DNA from: Candidatus Pacearchaeota archaeon
Lineage (GTDB): Archaea > Nanobdellota > Nanobdellia > Pacearchaeales > UBA284
Length of the DNA: 64,000 nucleotides
NCBI GenBank assembly: GCA_026016245.1
Contig: CP061211.1
Location: 567,285 to 631,284, forward strand
Direction of reading: 5' to 3'
In this document: one piece after another, positions 1 through 9,277 of the stretch
Layout: every line of letters begins with the position of its first letter
How positions within the stretch are numbered: position 1 is the stretch's first letter
Notes under the pieces: generated by a model
The model's input: only the letters and a program-made list of their open reading frames with translations
The model's database searches: none
Told to the model about the DNA's origin: nothing
Position numbers and translations under genes: made by a program

Positions 1-247
1 GTTCATTAAAGTACATACAATCTCTTATGGCATCTTCACTGAATTCATCAACAATACCATTTGGGGCAACACACTCCATTATATTTCTAGCTACTGTGCT
101 TGCTTCAATATCACGCATATCATACTGCTTGGAATAGTGGGCTGTCACAACTGCAACCACCCCCCCAACAACAATAACTAATATGAGGAATTTGTGAAGC
201 CAGGTCACTGCATGTCCTGCCTGTGCTTTCTTATTTTTTATCTTCAT
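1..247 (-). CDS. Pilin-like small protein with class III signal peptide (partial, runs off the window start)
   Basis: ATG at 247 on the minus strand. N-terminus MKIKNKKAQAGHAVTWLHKFLILVIVVGGVVAVV is a basic stretch followed by a hydrophobic helix, like the neighbouring pilin-like ORFs. The frame stays open to position 1. Confidence 0.45.
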   Translation of the reverse strand, partial: MKIKNKKAQAGHAVTWLHKFLILVIVVGGVVAVVTAHYSKQYDMRDIEASTVARNIMECVAPNGIVDEFSEDAIRDCMYFNE

Positions 248-264
248 TTTTCTATTTTTTCATT

Positions 265-612
265 TTATCTTATATTTATAATCGTGAAAGCATCTTTTCT
301 TGAAAAATCCACATTATCCTTAAGATAACAATCATAGAAATAGCCTCTATCAAATTCCCCCTCTTTGACCACAACACCATTACCCTCTTTTTCTATACTT
401 ACTCTAGTATCATGCTCTATTATAATTCTTGTTCCTGGCTCAGCTGTTGATATAAGGAGACAAGTTTCTTTTGCAAGAACCTGTTTTTTCATTGCTATTC
501 CTGAAGCTTGATTACTGACCCATAAAGTGAGAATGATTATTATAGCTATGATGAAGATAAGAGTGAAGATAAATTCCCACCCAAGTTCAACACCTCTTTT
601 ATCTTTAAGCAT
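265..612 (-). CDS. Archaeal type IV pilin-like protein (class III signal peptide)
   Basis: N-terminus MLKDKRGVELGWEFIFTLIFIIAIIIILTLW: a KRG site followed by a hydrophobic helix, typical of a PibD/FlaK substrate. 115 aa. Confidence 0.55.
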   Translation of the reverse strand: MLKDKRGVELGWEFIFTLIFIIAIIIILTLWVSNQASGIAMKKQVLAKETCLLISTAEPGTRIIIEHDTRVSIEKEGNGVVVKEGEFDRGYFYDCYLKDNVDFSRKDAFTIINIR

Positions 613-633
613 TTTATCGAAAAAGTATCAGGA

Positions 634-1557
634 TTATGGAATACTCTCTATATTATTGCATACTGCACCTATTTCAGAAGCTTTCATAGGTGCAAGAATA
701 AGATGATAACAGCCTTCCCATTCTTCGTTACATTTTGAGGATACATATGAATTACCTATTATAGTTGATACTGCTTGTGTTCCTAATGCTGATCCAACAA
801 CAATAGCAACAACTATTGGATGTTTAAATGCTGTGCTGGCTACTTTTCCAATTAATCTTCCAGTAGTCCAAGGTCCAGTTGTTACCATACTTACTGCTCC
901 GAGCCCTGCTACTATTTTCAAATCATTTTTAAGAACTTCCCAATAACTTCTACCACGTATGCCCATATAAATAATTACATAATCTGAATCAGTTCTTATT
1001 TTTGGGGCCTCTATACCTACAGCAAGATCTTTATCTGCCTGGTCTGTGAAATATTCATAATAGGTTATGTTGCTAAGAGGAATCTTAGTTTGTACAAGAT
1101 AATTAAACATATCTATTTCCTTTACTTTTTCTTTAACATTATCATCGAACTTTATAGTAGTACAGATAACACAAGCTGATTTGGGGTAACCTGCTCCTGG
1201 AACAGCATAACTTTGCCAGATACTTTCACTAAAAAAATCCATTTCTCCCTCACCTAACATCCACCAACAGTCATACATCTGGTTTGCTATCTCTCTTTTG
1301 ATAAAGTTTTCATCTGTTGAGCTTATTTCTATATGCTGTGTTTTGCAATTTAATGGAATACCAGCAAGCTGTCCAGGTTGCAGGCCAGCTATCTCCTGAC
1401 TTCTTAGAATTACAGATTGATGACATGCCTCTTTATTGATTGTTTCCTCATAAGGAAAAATTTTCAGAAAATAAAAAAGTATTGCAGCAGTTATTATTAG
1501 AATCACAATACCTATAATAATGTTCTGGACTAAAGCCCCTTTTTTGTTTTTCATCAT
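634..1557 (-). CDS. Pilin-like N-terminus secreted protein (307 aa)
   Basis: N-terminus MMKNKKGALVQNIIIGIVILIITAAILFY (KKG then hydrophobic helix). The rest of the protein is unrecognised. Confidence 0.5.
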   Translation of the reverse strand: MMKNKKGALVQNIIIGIVILIITAAILFYFLKIFPYEETINKEACHQSVILRSQEIAGLQPGQLAGIPLNCKTQHIEISSTDENFIKREIANQMYDCWWMLGEGEMDFFSESIWQSYAVPGAGYPKSACVICTTIKFDDNVKEKVKEIDMFNYLVQTKIPLSNITYYEYFTDQADKDLAVGIEAPKIRTDSDYVIIYMGIRGRSYWEVLKNDLKIVAGLGAVSMVTTGPWTTGRLIGKVASTAFKHPIVVAIVVGSALGTQAVSTIIGNSYVSSKCNEEWEGCYHLILAPMKASEIGAVCNNIESIP

Positions 1558-1715
1558 CTTAATTTGTATTTTTATTTATATAAATTTTTATATTACCCCA
1601 TATCTCTTCAACAGATAAATTATCATACCTCCAATTATTGCAAAAAGTATTATTAAAAATAATATTTTGATTAGTGTTTCAACTGCCATGGCTTTCTTGT
1701 TTATTTTCTTTTTTA

Positions 1716-2810
1716 TCATATCAACTCCATTTTTGCCCTAATTTTTTCTGCATAAATACGTCCGGCAAATGTTGATGGGCATCCTGTAATTGTTAATGGT
1801 TCACAATTATTTCTTACTCCGCCAGAGCCAGTATTATATGCAGCTATCCCTAACCATTGATTTTGAAATTCAGCTATTCTTTCAGCAAGGAATCTTGTAC
1901 CAGCATCAATGTTTTTTATAGGATTAAATCTTTCATCTTCTTCTTTATTGCAATTTTCTGGATGTACTTTATTGCAAATTGATATTGAAGTTCTTTTTTC
2001 AGACATGCATGGAGAAAGCTGACTTATATCTTCTGTTCCATAGTCAGGCACAGAAAGACCGAGCAGCTTGGCTGTTTGTGGCATGATTTGCATTAGTCCC
2101 ACTTCACCATCACAACCTATTGCATCCTCAACAGATAGAGATTCCTGAATTATTATTGCTCTGATAATTTTTTCAAATTCCTCTTTGTTTGCAATATAAT
2201 TACTAAGTTGATATTGGCTGTAGTATTTTTCTACTATGCTCGCCAACTCGCTATCCCACTCCTTTGTTTTCATCTTATTATAAGCAAAATTAACATCTAC
2301 TTTTTCTTCCTCACTTAATTTTACCCCTACTACTGCAAGTTCTATCTTACTTACCTCATAATGATCTATTTGATGTGCAAGCCAGATATCCACAATTTCA
2401 ATCTTTATGTTAGCAGGCTTTTCTTCTTGTTTTAAAGGCAGTTCAATCACACGACAGAGTTTGCTTTCACATTTTTTCTTACAAACACAAAGAACATTTT
2501 TTTGGAATAATGTTGTAGGTTTTTGGAAATTCTCATTAATATTGTGTTGCTCATCAAAAGCAACTACATACCAGCCTTTAGGAGCTAAAAGAGTGTATCT
2601 TGCTACTTCAGCTTCTTCAAGGCTGTTTAGTTCTTGTATTAAACTATCTAGTGTTCCTTGTGCCTGCATTTCATCCTGTTTACCAAAATATGTTCTGAAA
2701 AGGATAGTGCTAGCATATAGGAGAATAAGGATAACAGCAATTGCAACTATTATTTCAATTATTTGTTTAAGCAAAAGCAAACCTCTTTTGTTCATAAAAG
2801 AAACATACAA
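1716..2810 (-). CDS. Pilin-like N-terminus fused to a lytic transglycosylase (SLT) domain
   Basis: N-terminus MNKRGLLLLKQIIEIIVAIAVILILL is a class III-like signal. The C-terminal part carries SLT family motifs: IIQESLSVEDAIGCDGEVGLMQIMPQTAKLLGL (the ES...GLMQIMP.TA box) and AAYNTGSGGV (the AYNAG box). Confidence 0.7.
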   Translation of the reverse strand: MYVSFMNKRGLLLLKQIIEIIVAIAVILILLYASTILFRTYFGKQDEMQAQGTLDSLIQELNSLEEAEVARYTLLAPKGWYVVAFDEQHNINENFQKPTTLFQKNVLCVCKKKCESKLCRVIELPLKQEEKPANIKIEIVDIWLAHQIDHYEVSKIELAVVGVKLSEEEKVDVNFAYNKMKTKEWDSELASIVEKYYSQYQLSNYIANKEEFEKIIRAIIIQESLSVEDAIGCDGEVGLMQIMPQTAKLLGLSVPDYGTEDISQLSPCMSEKRTSISICNKVHPENCNKEEDERFNPIKNIDAGTRFLAERIAEFQNQWLGIAAYNTGSGGVRNNCEPLTITGCPSTFAGRIYAEKIRAKMELI

Positions 2811-2842
2811 AGATATTATTTAAAATTTCTTGTTATTATTAC

Positions 2843-3021
2843 TACTGAACTTGTGTTGCGTTCCAAAGACCGAGAGCATTTTTAAGTTTTGCCATCAAAT
2901 CAGACATGAACTGCCTCATTGCTCCAGAGAAAATGAGGACAATAACAACAAGAACAATAATAGCAAGAATTATAATCACAATAGTATTGATTGAGAGTCC
3001 TACAGCCTTCTTGTTGCGCAT
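2843..3021 (-). CDS. Small pilin-like protein (59 aa, absent from the ORF track)
   Basis: Translation MRNKKAVGLSINTIVIIILAIIVLVVIVLIFSGAMRQF... The N-terminus is almost identical in pattern to the downstream ORF (KKAVELNVNTIIIVILAIL). Confidence 0.5.
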
Positions 3022-3026
3022 TTTGC

Positions 3027-3401
3027 TTACTTGCTTCTTATAGTTTCACACATGTCTGAAGTAAATCCTGCCCCTAGACATTCTTCCTCATCCAATGCTT
3101 TGATAAGATTGTTATCACAGTAGACTGGTAGGGTTCCTATAACTTCTCCATCTGACATTTCTCTTATTGTAAATTCATGTGTGCAAAAACTGGTTTTGTC
3201 TCCAGCGCTGCAATATAGAGTGCATGCATTCCTAGTCTGTTCTATGTCTGTTTGTGAATAGGCCCCAGGGATTGGTATGATCTTTTGCCAAAGTTGTTGT
3301 ATTCCTCCAGTAAAGTAAAGTGCAAGAATAACTAGAACAAGAATTGCAAGAATTACTATAATTATTGTATTAACGTTTAACTCAACAGCTTTCTTATTCA
3401 T
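3027..3401 (-). CDS. Archaeal type IV pilin-like protein
   Basis: N-terminus MNKKAVELNVNTIIIVILAILVLVILALYF (KKA then hydrophobic helix). 124 aa with several Cys in the C-terminal half. Confidence 0.55.
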   Translation of the reverse strand: MNKKAVELNVNTIIIVILAILVLVILALYFTGGIQQLWQKIIPIPGAYSQTDIEQTRNACTLYCSAGDKTSFCTHEFTIREMSDGEVIGTLPVYCDNNLIKALDEEECLGAGFTSDMCETIRSK

Positions 3402-3456
3402 TTTTTACCTCTTTTTATTTTTTTATTAAGTATGACTTGTTTTTAAAATTTTCTTT

Positions 3457-4047
3457 TTATTCAGCACATCTCTCAAGCTGAATTATGGGTGGTTTTTCAT
3501 AGCTTATCACAAAATAAAGCCCATCTTGTTTTTTGTAAAAGAAAGGACTTATAACATTAATTTCTTCACTCCACCATAAAGCACCTTTTTTTGACCCCTC
3601 TTGTTTAAACAATGGTGGCTCTTTACTGAAGTCAACAACTTTTTTTATTCTGTAAGGAACTTCTTGTTTTGTTTCGTAAAATATTGCAGAAATCTTCAGA
3701 TCACTTAGAGTAGTGCTTTTATAATCCTTATTTCCGTGAGTTAGTGTGATTTCTACAGCGCGCCCAGGTAATTCAGTAAAAACAAGGTTTGAATTCTGAA
3801 CAAAACTTGCTGGAAAATTAGGCAGGCCGTCACATACGCAATCATTATTCTGCAAAGAAAGACATTTGTCTATATTGCTGATAAGGACATCAAAATTATC
3901 TTCATTCTGCTGTTGCTGTTCTATGTTAAGCTTCCCCCCTCTTATTGCCGCATAGAGAGGATTGAAAAAACCAAGAAGTATAAGCACGACAACAGCTATT
4001 ACTATTACAGCGATTGAAGCTCTAATAATCTCCCATATTCCCATCAT
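3457..4047 (-). CDS. Pilin-like or secreted protein (196 aa)
   Basis: N-terminal hydrophobic helix MMGIWEIIRASIAVIVIAVVVLILLGFF. It lies inside the run of pilin-like genes. Confidence 0.4.
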   Translation of the reverse strand: MMGIWEIIRASIAVIVIAVVVLILLGFFNPLYAAIRGGKLNIEQQQQNEDNFDVLISNIDKCLSLQNNDCVCDGLPNFPASFVQNSNLVFTELPGRAVEITLTHGNKDYKSTTLSDLKISAIFYETKQEVPYRIKKVVDFSKEPPLFKQEGSKKGALWWSEEINVISPFFYKKQDGLYFVISYEKPPIIQLERCAE

Positions 4048-4055
4048 TTTTATTT

Positions 4056-4211
4056 CTACCTACCAAATCTCAAAAAAGCTTTGAGTTCTTCTAAAATATT
4101 TACCCCTCGTTTTTGTAAAACAAATATAAAGATTATGACAAGAGCAAGAACAACTAGTCCAATAACCCACCAGTTTATCTCGCTCCAGACCAAACCTCTT
4201 TTGTTTTTCAT
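4056..4211 (-). CDS. Small pilin-like protein (51 aa, absent from the ORF track)
   Basis: Translation MKNKRGLVWSEINWWVIGLVVLALVIIFIFVLQKRG... The KRG then hydrophobic helix matches a class III signal. Confidence 0.45.
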   Translation of the reverse strand: MKNKRGLVWSEINWWVIGLVVLALVIIFIFVLQKRGVNILEELKAFLRFGR

Positions 4212-4257
4212 CTAAACAAAAAGTTTTTTAACTTTAAAAATTTAATCTGAGTGAGGC

Positions 4258-5022
4258 TTGGGAAAGATGAACAGGTTATTGGCTATTTTTTTATCTTTAT
4301 CTACTGCTATTTCTCCAATTGCTCTAGCACAAGAATATCAGGGAATGAAGCTGGAACAAAGAATAAAGGATTTTAATGAGGTCATCAGAAGAAGGAATTT
4401 CTCAAATTATGATGTGCCTATAATTCATCTTCAAGTAGTTGATAAGGATTCTAAATGGCCTTTGGAAGATGCAAGAGTTGAATTAAAACATGAGGATAAG
4501 AGGATAACAGATGGTTATCCTGTCCCTGGAGATTATATGTATTATAATCCTTATAGATCCAAAACTGATGAAGAAGGAAATGTTATTTTTAGCGTGACTC
4601 CATGTCATGAAGAGGAAATAACAAGATTAGAAGTAAAGTGCCAAGGTTATTATCCAATTGATGTAGATTTTCCCTTGCTTAATCTTTTAGCACATATTAA
4701 TAACACTTTAAGTAACCCACTTCCAGACTCAATTGAGCAGAAGCTGGAATTTGAGTATGATTGGAATAATGCTACTGTTTTCCGTGTGTTTTATGAAAAC
4801 GCAAATGAATTTATAGAGAAGGTTTTGGGTGATGATATAGCAAGATATGATAGAGAGGCTAATAATATTTTTGGAAATAATTTTTATTCTTGGTATGTAA
4901 ATAGTCTTTTAGGAAAAAAACTTCCAACACCCCTAATGCCTCCAATAAAAGAGTTTCATATTCTTATTCCTGGCATAGTTGAAATGGAAAAAGTGCCAGA
5001 AAAGATAAAGATAGAGTATTAG
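4258..5022 (+). CDS. Secreted hypothetical protein
   Basis: Sec-type signal peptide MGKMNRLLAIFLSLSTAISPIALAQE. No recognisable domain. Confidence 0.45.
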   Translation: MGKMNRLLAIFLSLSTAISPIALAQEYQGMKLEQRIKDFNEVIRRRNFSNYDVPIIHLQVVDKDSKWPLEDARVELKHEDKRITDGYPVPGDYMYYNPYRSKTDEEGNVIFSVTPCHEEEITRLEVKCQGYYPIDVDFPLLNLLAHINNTLSNPLPDSIEQKLEFEYDWNNATVFRVFYENANEFIEKVLGDDIARYDREANNIFGNNFYSWYVNSLLGKKLPTPLMPPIKEFHILIPGIVEMEKVPEKIKIEY

Positions 5023-5031
5023 AAAGATAAA

Positions 5032-7206
5032 TCAGACCATGATTCCACCTACTGCTATTGTTGCGAGAGCAGCCAGAGCAATTATTGCAATGAATGCTGC
5101 TATTGTATAAAGTGTCATTCCTGTCAACAACATTTTTGCTTTTTCTGCTTTCTCTCCTAATCTATCTTCCCCTGATTCAATTGTAACAAGAGTTCCTGTT
5201 AAGATGAAAATTATCTCAATTATGTAAATACCAACAATGATTTGAAGCCAGTATGGTGGAATCATTTTAACAACATTAAACATAGTTGTTATTGTTCCTA
5301 CTGTTCCAAAACCAGCAAGAGTTTGTTCTCCGCTTAGTGCGCCCATCTGTAACATAGATTCAAGCCTTCCTAATATCATTGTAATCATTGCTGCTAATCC
5401 TACAACTATTGCAGCTAAAAGTGGAGCAAGAAAAGTCATATTACTTTTCATTCCAGTTGTAACATCAGCTAATAAATCTTTTAATCTTTCATTTACTTTG
5501 TGAATATTCTTGACATACTCACTTATAGCCATTAGTGCTCTGGCTGCAACACCAAGCCCTTTTTTCAAGCTCTCTATGAGAATTCTCATACTTGTTTTTA
5601 TCAGCTCAGATGGATAGTAATTGATAGCTCCTCTGCCTTTTCCAAACACAGCACGTTCAACAGACATTCCTGCTTGTCGTATATTCATGTTGACCATTGA
5701 GAAAAAGCCAGCTGTTGGTGTTCCTTTAAGGGAACTAGCAACTCTACCAAAAGCCATTTCAGCAGGAATTCCATCAGCAAGTCTATTGCCTAATTGAAAG
5801 ACACTTGAAGCAAACTCTTTTTCAAGTTTTTTTGTTTCTTTTCTAGTTCCAATCAATTTTCGTGTTTTTAGTTTGTATGCCATTATAAAGAAAATGGCTA
5901 TAGCTAGCGGGATAAATAAACTTAGAAGCAGAGCAAAAGGACCAAAAGGACCAACAGTTGTATTAGTTTCTGGATCAACTTTAAAGTCAAATATATTTTG
6001 ATTTCCTAAAAAACCCATTCCTAATTGATCAAAAGTATAATCAGCTGGAATATTTAGAACATCAGCTAATCCATATTGCATTAACAAAGGCAAAAGTCCT
6101 ATTAAGAGGAAGGGTAAAGCAATAAGAGCAGCGGTTGCATATGGCTTGTTTGATTTATAAAAGTGATAATTGGGGTTTTTCTCAAGTAGTTCTGTTTCAC
6201 CAAAACCACCAGGCCTTTTGGATAAAACACTGTTGGTCATGTAAAAGACAACAAATGGAACAAGAATATTGTAAAGCAGGGCAACATGATACCATTGTAT
6301 GGCTCCTTGTAATAATGTTGAAGCTAAAGGCAATAAAGCAAGACCAAGAGTTGGTAAGACAATGCCTAACATATAGACATTTGTTAGAGGGCTTTTAACA
6401 TCATGAGTGTAATGCAACATTTTTTCATAAACACCATCAAGAATAACTTCGAGAGCTTTTTCCAAGGTTTTTAATCTTCTTGCTTCTACTGGCTCATAAA
6501 GAGAAGATTCTATGAGATGGAAGGATTCTATAAATTCAAGATTATGCTCTCGCCAAGTCTCGAAATATGCATCCAAGGCATCTTTTATAGTGCTGTATTT
6601 TCCTGTCTCGACATTCCAGAAAATCTTTTTTAGGTCAAGAGAAAGAGGCGGCTGTAAGTGTCGGGATGCAAAATGGATTGCTCTTTCCAGGTTTGAGGAG
6701 TGTTTCATATAAACCACAATATAGAGAATGCATGGGACCATTTGGGAAGAGGCTTTTAGACACCATTTTTGTTCTAATCTACCAGGCAAGCCATTCAAGT
6801 AGTAGAAAAGGAAAAATGATATAAATAAGAGCAGGAGAAAAATTAAGAAAGGAAAAGTGTCTGTGAGTAAAAATACTGCTAATGAGATTAAGGTGGCAAG
6901 AATTATTATAATTATTAGTGAAAATACTGCCAAGCCAGCAGCCTCGCCTGGTTCAATGTCAAGATGTGCTCTTTCTATTGCCTTTCTTGTTTTCTCCTCG
7001 TCTTTTTTTGAAAGTTTTAACTTGATGATTCGGCCTATATTTTTGCAGGCACGCTCATAAGTGTTAAGAGGTGCGAGAGTTTCTCTTCTGAATTTTTTAT
7101 ATTCGTGAGAATAATCTGTAGGAGCTTCAGCAACCTCTGTCCTAAGTTCTCTTTCTATCTTAGCCTCAAACTCTTTTAGAAACTCCCTACCCTCTTTTCT
7201 TACCAT
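5032..7206 (-). CDS. Polytopic membrane protein, possibly a FlaJ/TadC-like (T2SS-F domain) pilus assembly platform
   Basis: 724 aa with many transmembrane helices and two soluble helical segments (...EMAFGRVASSLKGTPTAGFFSMVNMNIRQAGMSVERAV...) that resemble T2SF/TadC cytoplasmic domains. It sits next to the pilin-like cluster. No ATPase partner lies within the window. Confidence 0.4.
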   Translation of the reverse strand: MVRKEGREFLKEFEAKIERELRTEVAEAPTDYSHEYKKFRRETLAPLNTYERACKNIGRIIKLKLSKKDEEKTRKAIERAHLDIEPGEAAGLAVFSLIIIIILATLISLAVFLLTDTFPFLIFLLLLFISFFLFYYLNGLPGRLEQKWCLKASSQMVPCILYIVVYMKHSSNLERAIHFASRHLQPPLSLDLKKIFWNVETGKYSTIKDALDAYFETWREHNLEFIESFHLIESSLYEPVEARRLKTLEKALEVILDGVYEKMLHYTHDVKSPLTNVYMLGIVLPTLGLALLPLASTLLQGAIQWYHVALLYNILVPFVVFYMTNSVLSKRPGGFGETELLEKNPNYHFYKSNKPYATAALIALPFLLIGLLPLLMQYGLADVLNIPADYTFDQLGMGFLGNQNIFDFKVDPETNTTVGPFGPFALLLSLFIPLAIAIFFIMAYKLKTRKLIGTRKETKKLEKEFASSVFQLGNRLADGIPAEMAFGRVASSLKGTPTAGFFSMVNMNIRQAGMSVERAVFGKGRGAINYYPSELIKTSMRILIESLKKGLGVAARALMAISEYVKNIHKVNERLKDLLADVTTGMKSNMTFLAPLLAAIVVGLAAMITMILGRLESMLQMGALSGEQTLAGFGTVGTITTMFNVVKMIPPYWLQIIVGIYIIEIIFILTGTLVTIESGEDRLGEKAEKAKMLLTGMTLYTIAAFIAIIALAALATIAVGGIMV

Positions 7207-7343
7207 TATTCTTTTTACCTCTTTTTTCTTTCAACAACAAACAAGGAAAAAGATTATAAAAAGATTTCCAAAATATACAAAAAATATTTAAAGTAGAATA
7301 ATTTTTAACAATTAACTAAATAGTAAAAAATAAATTACAAAAG

Positions 7344-7637
7344 ATGGTATTGAAAATTCTAAGGGTAAGCGATGTGGTTGGGATGAAGATTTTTACTGAT
7401 TCTGGAGACTATCTAGGTATGGTAGAAGAAGCAAATGTTGTAGGTAATAAAGTAGATAGTTGGAGAGTAAAAATAGCTCGTGACAGTAATTTATCTGCAC
7501 TTCTTTCTGGTGCTCGTGGTTTGATAATCCCTCACCAATATGTTAAAGCAATAAGTGAAGTTTTGATAATAAGTAGAAGTGCTATTCCAGTAAGAGAAGA
7601 GATGAAAGAAGCTGGAGAGGCAACTTTATTAGAATAA
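7344..7637 (+). CDS. PRC-barrel domain protein
   Basis: SDVVGMKIFTDSGDYLGMVEEANV is the PRC barrel signature. 97 aa. Confidence 0.55.
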   Translation: MVLKILRVSDVVGMKIFTDSGDYLGMVEEANVVGNKVDSWRVKIARDSNLSALLSGARGLIIPHQYVKAISEVLIISRSAIPVREEMKEAGEATLLE

Positions 7638-7660
7638 ACCTAAGAACCTAAATTTTTAAG

Positions 7661-8152
7661 ATGGTTGCAGAAACTATTGGTATATTTGCACATCCTTTTT
7701 TCACTAATATTATTCTACCCTTTCTTCTTGTTTTTGTAGTTATTTATGCTATTTTAGAGAAGACTACTGTATTGGGCAAGGATAAGAGATATGCTAATCT
7801 TATTGTTGCTTTTGTTATAGGTTTTATGTTTATTGGTGCTCAGGCTTTGGTTGGCTTTACTATCAAACTCCTTCCATTAATTGCAGTCATGATAATAATC
7901 TTACTAGGTTATTTTTTGGTTTTTGGCTTTATTGGAATAGAAAAAAGTAAAGGTATGCAAATTGCTCTAGGAATATTATTTGGTATAGCTATCTTGGCAG
8001 CAGTATTCTGGGCAGCTGGAGTATTTGAGATGATAACACCATCTACATGGAGTCCTGATACAATAGCTATAATTGTTTTCCTTGTCATTTTTGGAGGAGC
8101 CATAGCCTTAGTGCTTGCAACTGCTCCAAAACCAAAACCAAAATCAACATAA
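7661..8152 (+). CDS. Small membrane protein, paralog 1 of 3
   Basis: 4-5 transmembrane helices. Shares the N-terminal pattern ...LLVFVVIYAILEKTTVLGKDKRYANLIVAFVIGF with the next two ORFs. Confidence 0.45.
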   Translation: MVAETIGIFAHPFFTNIILPFLLVFVVIYAILEKTTVLGKDKRYANLIVAFVIGFMFIGAQALVGFTIKLLPLIAVMIIILLGYFLVFGFIGIEKSKGMQIALGILFGIAILAAVFWAAGVFEMITPSTWSPDTIAIIVFLVIFGGAIALVLATAPKPKPKST

Positions 8153-8223
8153 ATATCAACGTAATTAAAAAGAAAAGTATATAAAACATAATCTTTTTAA
8201 TAAAATAGACAAAAGAGGATAAA

Positions 8224-8757
8224 ATGGTTGATGGATACGGTGGATGGTATGCGTGGACAGATCTTTATGGGATTATCCAGCAGTGGGAAGCATTTGGTGT
8301 ATTCACTATATTATTTCCTTTAGTTTTAGTATTTGCAGTTGTTTTTGCAATACTAGAAAAAGTAGATCTGTTCAAAAATAGAGGGGTTCATTTGCTTATA
8401 GCCCTGATTATAGGTTTCTTCACTGTGAGCAATCCTTATGTTGGTGGTTTTTTTATGTATTTCTTCTCAAATCTTGGAATAGGTGTGGCAATAATGCTTG
8501 CCTTAATTGTTTTGTTGGGAATAGCTTTAAAACCTGGAGAACAAGCATGGAAAGTTATTTTTGGAATTGTTGGAGGAGCAGTATTTTTAGTTATTCTAGC
8601 TAGGAGCGGAACATTCAAATGGATTTTTGGAGAGAATTTCTGGTACTGGATTCAGGCAAATAGTGCTTTGGTGGTTGTGGCTATAGTTGTCATTTTAATG
8701 ATAGTTGCTGTAATGACTGGAGTTAAAAAAGCACAAGTTAAAGGAAAAATAATCTAA
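8224..8757 (+). CDS. Small membrane protein, paralog 2 of 3
   Basis: ...LVLVFAVVFAILEKVDLFKNRGVHLLIALIIGFF is the same architecture as 7661-8152. Confidence 0.45.
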   Translation: MVDGYGGWYAWTDLYGIIQQWEAFGVFTILFPLVLVFAVVFAILEKVDLFKNRGVHLLIALIIGFFTVSNPYVGGFFMYFFSNLGIGVAIMLALIVLLGIALKPGEQAWKVIFGIVGGAVFLVILARSGTFKWIFGENFWYWIQANSALVVVAIVVILMIVAVMTGVKKAQVKGKII

Positions 8758-8778
8758 AGTAAAAGAGTAAAAAGTAAA

Positions 8779-9258
8779 ATGGTTGTGTTAGATTTAAGCG
8801 GAATGTCAACTTTCATCCCTGTATTTGGTTTTCTTCTTGTTTTTGTAGTTGTTTATGCATTATTAGGAAAGACAAAAGTTTTAGGAGACAATAGGTTTGT
8901 CCATATTCTTACTTCTTTTGCAATTGCTATAATCTTTCTTGTTTCAGCAAATGCAGTAGAATATGTTAGAGTTGTAACCCCTTGGTTTGCTGCCTTTGTT
9001 GTTTCTCTATTATTTATTGTTCTTGTCGTAAGTCTAATTAAAGGCGATATAGATAAGTTCTTTAAACCTGGTTTTGGATGGTTAATTGTCATAATTCTTA
9101 TAGCAGTGTTTGTATTCTCAGCAGTCTATGTTTTTGCTGATATCATAAATAAGTACATGGCTGGTCCAAAAGCTTTCTTGCTTCAGCCTACTGTGATTGG
9201 AATTATCGTGCTTATAGGAATCACAATACTTGCTTCTTGGCTTTTAACAAGAAAATAA
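8779..9258 (+). CDS. Small membrane protein, paralog 3 of 3
   Basis: ...LLVFVVVYALLGKTKVLGDNRFVHILTSFAIAIIFL is the same family as the two upstream ORFs. Confidence 0.45.
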   Translation: MVVLDLSGMSTFIPVFGFLLVFVVVYALLGKTKVLGDNRFVHILTSFAIAIIFLVSANAVEYVRVVTPWFAAFVVSLLFIVLVVSLIKGDIDKFFKPGFGWLIVIILIAVFVFSAVYVFADIINKYMAGPKAFLLQPTVIGIIVLIGITILASWLLTRK

Positions 9259-9277
9259 TTAAAATAAGAAGTTAAAA

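Noticed and set aside
2407-2823. 138-aa plus-strand ORF
   Set aside because: Lies entirely antisense within the SLT-pilin gene, has a low-complexity translation and no motif. It looks like a shadow ORF of an AT-rich gene.
6135-7060. Three short plus-strand ORFs (6135-6398, 6512-6712, 6857-7060)
   Set aside because: All are embedded antisense in the 724-aa membrane protein gene and have no signals of their own.
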